Assembly (NCBI GenBank): GCA_036502885.1
Contig: DASXXU010000116.1
Location: 740-64,739, forward strand
DNA from: Candidatus Tumulicola sp.
GTDB taxonomy: Bacteria; Vulcanimicrobiota; Vulcanimicrobiia; Vulcanimicrobiales; Vulcanimicrobiaceae
DNA length: 64,000 bases
Reading direction: 5' to 3'
Shown: positions 8,814-17,441 of the stretch, in pieces
Position numbering within the stretch: the first letter of the stretch is position 1
Layout of the letters: each line of letters begins with the position of its first letter
Position numbers and translations under genes: made by a program
Notes under the pieces: generated by a model
What the model saw: only the letters and a program-made list of their open reading frames with translations
What the model was told of the DNA's origin: nothing
The model's database searches: none

Positions 8814-9701
8814 ATGGTGCAAACGCGCGCGGTTGCCGCGCGCCTAGCCGAACGTGGCATCGTAACCACGATTCTGCCGATCAGCACCATCGGCGACCGC
8901 GAGCGGGATCGCGCGATCGACCGCATTGGCAGCGTCAACGTGTTCGTCGGCGAACTCGAATCGGCACTGCGCGATGGCCGCGCCGATTACGCCGTACATT
9001 CGTGCAAAGATCTGCCATCGACGCTCGCGGACGACATGTGCTTGCCCGCCATTTCAAAGCGCGAAGATCCGCGGGACGCCTTTTGCAGCCAGCGCTACGC
9101 GTCGTTCGAAGCCTTGACGCCCGGAGCAGTGGTCGGCACGTCGAGCCCGCGGCGCGCGTTTCAACTGCGCGCGGCGCGCCCCGACCTCGAGTTTCGAACG
9201 ATCCGCGGCAACGTCGACACGCGATTGCGCAAGCTTGCTGACGGCGAATTCGACGCGATCGTTTTGGCGATGGCCGGGTTGAACAGGTTGCGGACCGGCG
9301 CACAATACGTCGTGCCGCTCGGCATCGATTTGTGCGTGCCGTCCGTCGGGCAAGGCGCGTTGGCGGTGGAAACGCGCGCCGGTGACGACTGGGTCGCGAC
9401 CCAGATCCGTGATGCGGTAAACGATCTCCAAAGCGAGCTTTGTATTCTCGCGGAGCGCTCCGCCTTGCGCGCAATGCAGGCCGGATGCAGCGCTCCGCTC
9501 GGCATCTATGCCGAATGGGCAACCGATGGCTGCGATATGCGCGGGGTAGCGGATGGCACTCCCCCGGTTGCCGCACGCCGCAGGGCGACGATTGCGTGCG
9601 AGTCGGATGCCGAGGGCCTCGGAATCGCGCTGGCCTCCGATTTACGGGCGGCCGAACGACGGGACGAGCGCCCCCACGCCGAAGGTTTACAACAACCATG
9701 A
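8814..9701 (+). CDS. hemC: Hydroxymethylbilane synthase (porphobilinogen deaminase); true N-terminus probably lies upstream of this first ATG
   Basis: Cofactor-Cys block 'MQAGCSAPLG' and 'GNVDTRLRKL'. The in-frame upstream sequence (8778-8813) encodes 'RLVCASRASALA', which matches the conserved HemC N-terminal block, but no ATG/GTG/TTG is available there (see findings). Confidence 0.88.
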   Translation: MVQTRAVAARLAERGIVTTILPISTIGDRERDRAIDRIGSVNVFVGELESALRDGRADYAVHSCKDLPSTLADDMCLPAISKREDPRDAFCSQRYASFEALTPGAVVGTSSPRRAFQLRAARPDLEFRTIRGNVDTRLRKLADGEFDAIVLAMAGLNRLRTGAQYVVPLGIDLCVPSVGQGALAVETRAGDDWVATQIRDAVNDLQSELCILAERSALRAMQAGCSAPLGIYAEWATDGCDMRGVADGTPPVAARRRATIACESDAEGLGIALASDLRAAERRDERPHAEGLQQP

Positions 9702-10705
9702 CTACCTCCGCCCCGGACACCGTCCGAACGCTCCCGATCCGTCCGCGCCGATTGCGCCGTGACGAAACGGTGCGGGCGCTGGTGCGGGAGCACCGCGTGA
9801 ACGTCGATCAGCTCGTCGCGCCGATCTTCGTTGTCGAGCGCCCGGCCGACGCCGGCCCGGTGAGCGCGATGCCGGGCGTATCGCGGTTGACGATCGACGG
9901 AACGCTGACGGAAGTTCGCGAACTGCGCGAGCTCGGTGTGCGCAACGTGTTGCTGTTCGGTATACCGGCACGCAAAGACGCGGTTGCCTCGAGCAACTAC
10001 GACCCGCAAGGCGTCGTGCAACAGGCTACGCATGCGATCAAATCTACGTTTGACGACGTCGTCGTAACGGCCGACCTGTGTAACTGCGAATACACCGATC
10101 ACGGCCACTGCGGCATCGTCGACCGGAACGGGAACGTCGACAACGACGCGACCGTCGATCTGTTAGTTCGCACCGCGTTGACATACGCCGACGCCGGCGT
10201 CGACGTGATCGCGCCCTCGGACATGATGGACGGACGGGTGGGTGCGATCCGCACGGCGTTAGACGAACGAGGAGCGACCGGCACGGCCATCATGGCGTAC
10301 AGCGCAAAGTATGCGTCGGCATTTTACGGTCCGTTTCGCGAGGCCGCCGGTTCGGCGCCGCAGTTCGCCGACCGCCGCGGTTATCAGATGGACCCCGCCA
10401 ACGCGCGCGAAGCGATGCGCGAGATCGCGCTCGACGTCGACGAAGGCGCCGACATCGTGATGATCAAGCCGGCGCTCGCGTATCTCGATATCGTTCGCGT
10501 GGCGCGCGAAACGTTCGACGTGCCGATCGCGGTGTACAACGTAAGCGGTGAGTATTCGATGATTGCAGCCGCCATCGCGAACGGCTGGGTCGACGGAGCG
10601 CGCGTCGTCGACGAAGTGCTTACGTCGTTCGTCCGCGCCGGCGCCGACATCGTCATCACATATTTCGCCAAAGAATACGCAACGCGCGTGCGAGGGTTGC
10701 TATGA
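9698..10705 (+). CDS. hemB: Porphobilinogen synthase (delta-aminolevulinate dehydratase)
   Basis: ORF 9440.. is trimmed to Met 'MTTSAPDTVRTLPIRPRRLRR', giving an ATGA overlap with the hemC stop. Motifs 'DVIAPSDMMDGRV' and 'DIVMIKPALAYLD'. Confidence 0.95.
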   Translation: MTTSAPDTVRTLPIRPRRLRRDETVRALVREHRVNVDQLVAPIFVVERPADAGPVSAMPGVSRLTIDGTLTEVRELRELGVRNVLLFGIPARKDAVASSNYDPQGVVQQATHAIKSTFDDVVVTADLCNCEYTDHGHCGIVDRNGNVDNDATVDLLVRTALTYADAGVDVIAPSDMMDGRVGAIRTALDERGATGTAIMAYSAKYASAFYGPFREAAGSAPQFADRRGYQMDPANAREAMREIALDVDEGADIVMIKPALAYLDIVRVARETFDVPIAVYNVSGEYSMIAAAIANGWVDGARVVDEVLTSFVRAGADIVITYFAKEYATRVRGLL

Positions 10706-11997
10706 AGTTCGAACGTTCCATCGCGGCGTTCGCGCGCGCCAAGCGGGTGATTGCGGGTGGCGTCAATTCGCCGGTGCGTGCGTTCAGAGCCGTCGGCGGC
10801 TCGCCCGTCTTCGTGAAGAGCGCCTCCGGTGCGACGTTGCACGACGTCGACGACCACGAATACATCGACTACGTGTTGTCGTGGGGACCGCTGTTACTCG
10901 GGCACGCGCATCCGGCGGTCGTAAAAGCGATCACCGCGGCGGCCGCTCGCGGAACGTCGTACGGCGCGCCAACCGAAGCCGAAACAGAACTCGCCGAGCT
11001 GATCGTTTCGATGATGCCGTCGATCGAACGCATTCGATTCGTTTCGAGCGGCACCGAGGCGACGATGAGTGCCGCGCGGCTCGCGCGCGGCTATACGCAC
11101 CGCCCCAAGATCATCAAATTTGCGGGCTGTTACCACGGACACGCCGATTCGTTTTTGATCGCGGCCGGGTCGGGCGCGCTCACCCACGGTACGCCGACAT
11201 CACCCGGCGTTACCGAAGGCACGGCAGCGGATACGATCGTCGTTCCGTTCAACGATACCGACGCCGTCGAAGCTGCGTTCGATGCAAACCCGCAGGCGAT
11301 TGCGGCAGTTATCGTCGAGCCGTACGCCGGGAATATGGGCCTGGTGCTTGCGATGCCGGGCTTTCTGCAACGGCTACGCGAGCTGTGCACCGCACACGGC
11401 GCATTGTTGATTTTCGACGAAGTCATGACCGGGTTTCGGGTCGGACGCGGCGGCGTACAAGGACGCGAGGGCGTCAAGCCCGATCTCACCGCGCTCGGCA
11501 AAGTCATCGGCGGCGGGTTGCCGGTTGGCGCGTTCGGCGGCGCGGAACGGATCATGGCATATTTGTCGCCGGCCGGCCCGGTCTATCAAGCTGGCACGCT
11601 GTCCGGGAATCCAATCGCGATGGCGGCCGGCGCGGCCACGCTGCGAATCGTTCGCGACGATGCCACCCTCTTCGAGCGATTAGAGGTGCTGGCCAAGCTT
11701 CTCATCGAGGGCCTGAGCGAAATCATGAACAAGCACGGCGTACCGCATTACTGCGTGTCGGCCGGCTCGATGTTCTGTACGTTCTTCACGCACGGCCCGG
11801 TGACCAATTTGGAGAGCGCCATGCGCTCCGACACGGACGCCTTCACCCGCTACTTCGACGCTATGCTCGATGACGGGGTCTATATCGCCCCATCGCAGTA
11901 CGAGGCCGGATTTTTGTCGACGGCGCACACGACCCGGCACATCGAACGGACGCTTGCTGCAGCCGATGCGGCGTTTACACGGGTCTTAGTGTCGTAA
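10702..11997 (+). CDS. hemL: Glutamate-1-semialdehyde 2,1-aminomutase
   Basis: Class III aminotransferase. PLP-Lys block 'LGKVIGGGLPVGAFGG'. N-terminus 'AKRVIAGGVNSPVRAF'. ATGA overlap with hemB. Confidence 0.95.
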   Translation: MKFERSIAAFARAKRVIAGGVNSPVRAFRAVGGSPVFVKSASGATLHDVDDHEYIDYVLSWGPLLLGHAHPAVVKAITAAAARGTSYGAPTEAETELAELIVSMMPSIERIRFVSSGTEATMSAARLARGYTHRPKIIKFAGCYHGHADSFLIAAGSGALTHGTPTSPGVTEGTAADTIVVPFNDTDAVEAAFDANPQAIAAVIVEPYAGNMGLVLAMPGFLQRLRELCTAHGALLIFDEVMTGFRVGRGGVQGREGVKPDLTALGKVIGGGLPVGAFGGAERIMAYLSPAGPVYQAGTLSGNPIAMAAGAATLRIVRDDATLFERLEVLAKLLIEGLSEIMNKHGVPHYCVSAGSMFCTFFTHGPVTNLESAMRSDTDAFTRYFDAMLDDGVYIAPSQYEAGFLSTAHTTRHIERTLAAADAAFTRVLVS

Positions 11998-13322
11998 TGC
12001 CGATCGTCTGCGTGGGATTCTCGCACCATACCGCCCCAATCGAGGTGCGCGAAAGCCATGCTTTCCCAGCCTCGAAAATGGGCGAGGCTTTGGTCGCGCT
12101 GCGCGATTACGAAGCCGTGCGCGAAGCCGCCATGCTGCAAACCTGCGGCCGCTTGGAAATTTACGCCGAGGTCGACGATTTCGAAGCCGGCGTCGCGCAG
12201 ATCACGTCGTTCCTATCGCGATTCAGGCACGTCGATATCGGCTACGACATCGAGTCGTATCTCTACACGTTGCTCGGACGGCACGCTGTCGACCACCTAT
12301 TCCGCGTAGCCACCGGTTTGGATTCGATGTTAATCGGCGAGGCCGAAATCCTCGGCCAAGTAAAAGACGCTTACGTACAAGCGCAGCGCGCCCAATCGCT
12401 CGGTACGACGTTGCACCGGCTGTTTCGCGACGCGCTCAACGCCGGCAAAACGGCTCGCGCGCAGACCCGTATCGGCGACCAGTCGAGCTCGATTGCGACG
12501 GCCGCGGTGGAAATGGCGAAAGCAAAGCTCGGTACGTTGGACGGCGCCGAAGTGCTGGTGCTCGGGACCGGGCGCATGGCGCGTGCGGCCGTCCGCAGAT
12601 TGCGCCAAGAGGGAGCGCGCCGGGTTGCGATCGCTAGCCGGACGATGTCGCGCGCACAAGACGTCGCCGACGAACTCGGGGCCGCGCGCCCGGTCGAAAT
12701 GGGCGAGATCGTCGATGCGCTCGCAAATAGTGATTTGGTGGTGACGGCGACCGGTTCGCCCGAATTCGTGCTGCAATACGACGATGTGGCCCGCGCGATG
12801 GCACGACGTCCGGATCGCGCGCTCTTCGCGATCGACGTGGCGGTGCCGCGCGATGCGGATCCATCGATTACCGCGATCGCAAACGTCGGATTGGTCGACG
12901 TCGATGGGCTCAAAGAGGTCGTCGATGAAAAGCTGTTGGTGCGCCGCGACGCGATCCCGGATGTCGAAGAAATCGTCGGCGAAGTCGCCGATCGCTTCGA
13001 ACGGTGGTATCGGGCGCGCGACGCAATGCCGATCATCGCGACGCTGACGCGTAAAGCCGAGGCCATTCGAGTTGCCGAACTGGATCGATTGTTCGCGCGC
13101 TGTCCGGAGCTCTCGGAGCGCGAGAAGTTGCTCGTGACCGGCTTGACGATGACGCTCGTGTCGAAGTTGTTACATTCGGTGATTCTCAAGGTGCGCGAAC
13201 GCGCCACCTCGGACCGGGCGCAGGCATTATCGTACGCACGCGTGCTCGACGATCTGTTCGAGTTGGACCTCGCACAGCACATCGCCGCATTAGTCGCGCG
13301 CCCGAACGCCGATTCCGACTGA
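11997..13322 (+). CDS. hemA: Glutamyl-tRNA reductase
   Basis: Catalytic-Cys block 'MLQTCGRLEIYA', 'MLIGEAEILGQVK' and the NADPH-binding 'VLVLGTGRMA'. TAATG overlap with hemL. Confidence 0.95.
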   Translation: MPIVCVGFSHHTAPIEVRESHAFPASKMGEALVALRDYEAVREAAMLQTCGRLEIYAEVDDFEAGVAQITSFLSRFRHVDIGYDIESYLYTLLGRHAVDHLFRVATGLDSMLIGEAEILGQVKDAYVQAQRAQSLGTTLHRLFRDALNAGKTARAQTRIGDQSSSIATAAVEMAKAKLGTLDGAEVLVLGTGRMARAAVRRLRQEGARRVAIASRTMSRAQDVADELGAARPVEMGEIVDALANSDLVVTATGSPEFVLQYDDVARAMARRPDRALFAIDVAVPRDADPSITAIANVGLVDVDGLKEVVDEKLLVRRDAIPDVEEIVGEVADRFERWYRARDAMPIIATLTRKAEAIRVAELDRLFARCPELSEREKLLVTGLTMTLVSKLLHSVILKVRERATSDRAQALSYARVLDDLFELDLAQHIAALVARPNADSD

Positions 13323-13341
13323 TCCGCTAACCGGAAAGCGC

Positions 13342-14091
13342 GTGATGGTGACGCGCCCGCGCGATCTGGCGCCGGCATTTATCGCCGAGCTAAAAACGCG
13401 TGGCGCGACCGTTCTGAACACGCCGCTCATCGCCATCGAGCCGCCCGACGATCCAGAGCCGCTTAATCACGCTCTCCAGCATCTGCACGAATTCGAATGG
13501 TGTGCGTTCACGTCGGCCAACGGTGTCGACGCGCTCGTATCGGCATTTGAGTCATCGCAAGCCGCGGCACGCGCTCTGCAAACGTTGCGGGTCGCCGCTC
13601 TCGGACCGTTTACCGCCGAACGTCTGGCGCGCGAGGGCATCTCGGTTGCCGCCGTGCCGACGGAATACGTCGGCGAGTCGCTGGCCGAAGCCATCCTCTC
13701 CCACGCGCGAACCAAAGCGCGCGTCTTGATCGTGCGCGCGCAAGAAGGCCGCGACGCCCTTTCCGACGCGTTGGCCGCAGCCGGATTGGAGCCCACGGTG
13801 GTCGCGGCATATCGCACCGTTTTCGTGGCGCCGGCCGATTTCGAAACGAACGTGCGAATGGCGGACGCGATTACCTTCGCGAGCTCGAGCGCGGTGAACG
13901 GATTCGTCGCCGCCGCGGGCGATCCGGAACGCGCGCGTTTGCTGGCTGCGGGCAAAGCGATCGCGTGTATTGGGCCGGTGGCGGCAAACACCGCGCGCGA
14001 GGCCGGGCTCGAAGTAGATGTGGTTCCGCCATCTTATACCGGCCGCGGGATGATCGATGCGCTGTCGCTCTACTTCGGGCGCTGTGCGTGA
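13342..14091 (+). CDS. hemD: Uroporphyrinogen-III synthase (HEM4 family)
   Basis: Size (249 aa) and position at the end of the hem genes. Family-like blocks 'TPLIAIEPP' and 'CAFTSANGVDAL'. Motif evidence is weaker than for the other hem genes. Confidence 0.75.
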   Translation: MMVTRPRDLAPAFIAELKTRGATVLNTPLIAIEPPDDPEPLNHALQHLHEFEWCAFTSANGVDALVSAFESSQAAARALQTLRVAALGPFTAERLAREGISVAAVPTEYVGESLAEAILSHARTKARVLIVRAQEGRDALSDALAAAGLEPTVVAAYRTVFVAPADFETNVRMADAITFASSSAVNGFVAAAGDPERARLLAAGKAIACIGPVAANTAREAGLEVDVVPPSYTGRGMIDALSLYFGRCA

Positions 14092-14864
14092 CGATGTTGT
14101 GGGGCATCGTGTTTGCTGCGGCCGTCGCGGCCGGCGCGTGGCGCGCGCGGGCGCTTACGCCGGATGGCGCGGTGGCCGCGTGGCTCGTCGGTTCGGCAAC
14201 CTTTGGTGCCGGCGGTTGGCCGGCGGCTGTCGTGTTATTCGCATTTTTCATACCATCGGCGCTACTTTCGCGAATAGGTTCGGCACGCAAACACGCGCTG
14301 GCGGATGCCGGCAAACACGGACCGCGCGACGCGCGCCAGGTATTTGCAAACGGTGGCGTTGCCGCGGTCTGCGCGCTGCTGGCGTCGCATGGTGGTGCCG
14401 TCTTTGCCGCGGCTTTCGCGGGCGCGTTTGCAGCTGCGGCGGCCGATACGTGGGCGACCGAGATCGGCGTGCTGTCACCCCAACGCCCGCGTTCGATCTT
14501 GACGTTGCGGCCGGTCGCGACCGGCTTGTCGGGCGGCATCAGCGCGGCCGGAACCGGTGCTTCGATCGCGGGGGCAGCCGTGGTTGCGTTGTGCGCGTCG
14601 GCAACCGGCGTTGCCCCGTTTGCGCCGGTCGTTTTGGCCGGCATCGCGGGATCGCTGGCCGACTCGGCGATCGGCGCAGCTTTACAGGCGTTACGTTGGT
14701 GCCCGCAATGCGAACGCGCGTGCGAAACGAATCCGCACGTATGCGGTTCGCCGACATATCTGCATCGCGGCATCGCGTGGATGGATAACGACGCCGTGAA
14801 CCTGGCAGCAACGCTGGGCGGCGCGTCGATCGCCGGGCTGCTCTTCCTCGCGACTGGCGGGTAA
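14088..14864 (+). CDS. DUF92/TMEM19-like polytopic membrane protein with a Cys-rich insertion
   Basis: ORF 13965.. is trimmed to GTG 14088, giving a GTGA overlap with the hemD stop. Blocks 'GAVAAWLVGSATFGAGGW', 'ARQVFANGGVAA' and 'MDNDAVNLAAT' match my recollection of DUF92. Insertion 'CPQCERACETNPHVC'. Confidence 0.65.
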   Translation: MTMLWGIVFAAAVAAGAWRARALTPDGAVAAWLVGSATFGAGGWPAAVVLFAFFIPSALLSRIGSARKHALADAGKHGPRDARQVFANGGVAAVCALLASHGGAVFAAAFAGAFAAAAADTWATEIGVLSPQRPRSILTLRPVATGLSGGISAAGTGASIAGAAVVALCASATGVAPFAPVVLAGIAGSLADSAIGAALQALRWCPQCERACETNPHVCGSPTYLHRGIAWMDNDAVNLAATLGGASIAGLLFLATGG

Positions 14865-14867
14865 CGA

Positions 14868-15509
14868 ATGCAGCGCAAACCATCGCCGAAAAATCTCGCG
14901 CATCGTAACCGGTTAGCAAACCGGCAATCCGCGTCGGCGCACACGACGTTGCCGCCGCTCCCCTCGAAACGCTACGACATCGCTTACGTGGACCCGCCGT
15001 GGCACTACTACGGCAGCGCCGTCAAAGACGCCGCCGCCGCAAAACACTATCCGCTGATGACGCCAGGCGAGCTCGCCGCGCTCGACGTCCGTTCGCTGCT
15101 CAATAAGCGCGCGGCGATATTTCTTTGGGCCACGTGTCCGCGCTTGAACTTCGCGATCGACCTGCTGCGCGCTTGGAAGCTACACTATCGCGGCGTGGCG
15201 TACGTCTGGGTCAAAGTCGGAAAGAGCGGGCGCATCATCAACGGCCAGGGCGTTCCACCGACGTTCACCAAACCGACCACCGAACTGCTGTTGGCTGCAA
15301 CGACGATGCCGACGGGCCGGCCTTTCCCGTTACACGACTTGGCACAAGCACAGGTCGTCTTAGCACCACGCGGCGCTCATAGCGAGAAGCCGGCCGTGTT
15401 TCGCGAGGCGATCGAACGACTGTGCGGCGACCGTTCGCGCATCGAGCTATTCGCCCGAAAACGCGTCGATAATTGGGACGCCTGGGGCGCAGAACTTGAC
15501 GGCGCGTAG
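14868..15509 (+). CDS. MT-A70 family N6-adenine methyltransferase (orphan)
   Basis: Catalytic 'YVDPPWHY' (DPPW). Length 213 aa. It starts 3 nt after the DUF92 stop, and no endonuclease is nearby. Confidence 0.85.
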   Translation: MQRKPSPKNLAHRNRLANRQSASAHTTLPPLPSKRYDIAYVDPPWHYYGSAVKDAAAAKHYPLMTPGELAALDVRSLLNKRAAIFLWATCPRLNFAIDLLRAWKLHYRGVAYVWVKVGKSGRIINGQGVPPTFTKPTTELLLAATTMPTGRPFPLHDLAQAQVVLAPRGAHSEKPAVFREAIERLCGDRSRIELFARKRVDNWDAWGAELDGA

Positions 15510-15525
15510 CGCTCCGGCCGCGCGC

Positions 15526-15777
15526 CTACTTCTTGCCGTACGTCTTTCGCAAGTACTCGATGATCGCGTCGTCATCGTCGGCGATTTTCACGTCGCCGTC
15601 GGTCATCGACGGGATGCCGGTCGTTCCAAAAATCTGCTTGACGTTGGTGCGCGCGCCGTGATCTTCGGGCACGTTCACGACTTTGTAGTCCAAAAGCAGG
15701 TCGGTTAACTCGCGCCGGACGTGCGCGCAGTAGGGGCACCATTCGGCTTGGTAGAGGACGATATTCGTATCGGTCAT
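15526..15777 (-). CDS. Glutaredoxin-like thioredoxin-fold protein
   Basis: Length 83 aa, 'LYQAEWCPYCAHVRREL' (CPYC active site) and a downstream 'GIPS' cis-Pro-type block. Confidence 0.8.
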   Translation of the reverse strand: MTDTNIVLYQAEWCPYCAHVRRELTDLLLDYKVVNVPEDHGARTNVKQIFGTTGIPSMTDGDVKIADDDDAIIEYLRKTYGKK

Positions 15778-15842
15778 GGCCGTTGAAATCGCCCCGAAGC
15801 GGGGTGGGTTGCAGGGCCTTCACGAAGTACGAGGGTGGTGCA

Positions 15843-16541
15843 ATGATGGCAGCAACGCTCGTTACGAACCTTCGGATGCGGGGAGCGGTCGCGGGATCGG
15901 TGGTCCTGCACGGCTTGGTCGCGTTGGTCATTCCGGCCCTGGCGTTCACGGCGGCTTCGGGCGACGCCATCCCGACGATTTCTTTCGCTCGGATCGCGCG
16001 AATTCAGATCCAGCCGACGCCGCATCCGATACCGCTCGCCCAAGCGCCGCATCTCAAGATCCGGCCGAACGTATCCCTGGCTTCGCAAGCCGCGCCGGCT
16101 CTCTCGGCCTCCCGGCACACCGTGCTCGCCAACGCGACGCATGGACAACCGGCCGCGGCCCCGCGTTCAGCGCCGGTCTTGCGACTCGGCGAGGGCAAAG
16201 CCCCGATTGCCGCCGCGCCTCAGGCCACAGCCTCACCGGCGGTGCGAACGGTCTCGAGCACCAAAGGCCGCGACGACGGCGGCTACATGCCGTTCGGCGC
16301 TGAGGAGCCCGTGCCGGTTCTCGATCCGGCAGTCCTAAAACAACTGGCGGCATTGGGCGTGCACTCGACGCTAACGATCACCGTCGACGAAGACGGCAAG
16401 ACGAAAAACGTCGTTTTCGATCCGTCGATCGACGATGCCACAAAATCGAAGGTTCAAGCGTTGCTCGCCGATGCGAGTTGGGATCCGGCGGTCTGCGGCG
16501 GCGGAATCGCCTGCGAAGGCACCGCCACCATCAAGCTCTAG
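15843..16541 (+). CDS. TonB-like energy-transducer family protein
   Basis: ORF 15783.. is trimmed to 'MMAATL'. TM helix with S-x3-H ('GSVVLHGLVALV'), a Pro/Ala-rich spacer and a compact C-terminal domain of about 80 aa. No exbBD is nearby. Confidence 0.55.
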   Translation: MMAATLVTNLRMRGAVAGSVVLHGLVALVIPALAFTAASGDAIPTISFARIARIQIQPTPHPIPLAQAPHLKIRPNVSLASQAAPALSASRHTVLANATHGQPAAAPRSAPVLRLGEGKAPIAAAPQATASPAVRTVSSTKGRDDGGYMPFGAEEPVPVLDPAVLKQLAALGVHSTLTITVDEDGKTKNVVFDPSIDDATKSKVQALLADASWDPAVCGGGIACEGTATIKL

Positions 16542-16553
16542 CGCACCGCGCTC

Positions 16554-17441
16554 TTACAGAATCGACTTCCCGAGACCCGAGCAAATCAGATCGACCGCTA
16601 GCGCCGCGGTTTGATTGCGTTGATCCAAAATCGGGTTGATTTCGACCATCTCGATCGATCCCAACGAGCCGCCTTCGTGCAGCATTTCCATGATCAGGTG
16701 AGCTTCACGGAAGCTCAATCCGCCTTTGACCGGCGTGCCGGTGCCGGGCGCTTCGCTCGGGTCGATACCGTCCATATCGAACGAAACGTGAATCGAGTTC
16801 GGACCGTCGCCGGCGATCGATTGCGCCTCTTCCATGATGCGCACCATACCGAGCTTATCGACGTCGCTCATCGAAAACGCACGCACGCCGAACTCGCGCA
16901 ATAACTGCTTTTCGCCTTGATCCACGTCGCGCAATCCGATCTGCACGCAACGCGCCGGGTCGGCGAGGCCGTTTTTTATCGCGAACCATAATGGCATGCC
17001 GTGCACGTTGCCGCTATGCGAGCTCTGAGGGCTGTTGATATCGGCGTGCGCGTCGATCCAAACGACGCCGGGAATCGCCTCGCGCGCGCGGCCGAGGCCC
17101 TCGAGCGTTCCCATGGCGATCGAATGGTCGCCGCCGAGAACGATTGGCATACCACCCTCGCGCACCGCTTCGTCGACGACATTGGCTAAGTCCGAACATA
17201 CACGGCGAATGACGCCCAAGTATTTGGACGTGGGCTCTTCGACATCGGCCGATTCGCGAATCGGAACGATTAGGTTGCCGTGATCCACGATATTTTGGAT
17301 GCCGAGACGCGCCAACTTTTCGTGCAACTTCGCGTAACGAATCGCCGAGGGGCCCATGTCGACGCCGCGCCGGCTGGCGCCCAAGTCCATCGGAACGCCG
17401 ACGATGTCGACGCGAGTAGGAAGTGCGGTGGTTGCGATCAC
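16554..17441 (-). CDS. rocF: Arginase (ureohydrolase family)
   Basis: Mn-binding blocks 'GGDHSIAMG', 'DAHADIN' and 'SFDMDGIDP'. Confidence 0.9.
   Translation of the reverse strand: MIATTALPTRVDIVGVPMDLGASRRGVDMGPSAIRYAKLHEKLARLGIQNIVDHGNLIVPIRESADVEEPTSKYLGVIRRVCSDLANVVDEAVREGGMPIVLGGDHSIAMGTLEGLGRAREAIPGVVWIDAHADINSPQSSHSGNVHGMPLWFAIKNGLADPARCVQIGLRDVDQGEKQLLREFGVRAFSMSDVDKLGMVRIMEEAQSIAGDGPNSIHVSFDMDGIDPSEAPGTGTPVKGGLSFREAHLIMEMLHEGGSLGSIEMVEINPILDQRNQTAALAVDLICSGLGKSIL

Noticed and set aside
2369-14944. Long antisense or alternative-frame ORFs across the respiratory and haem cluster (for example 2369..3376-, 5536..6543-, 8935..9720-, 10563..11873+, 12371..13378-, 13871..14944-).
   Set aside because: Each overlaps a gene with strong family motifs. 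Their translations are Arg/Ser/Ala/Pro-rich, and there are no independent start signals. They are typical high-GC shadow frames.
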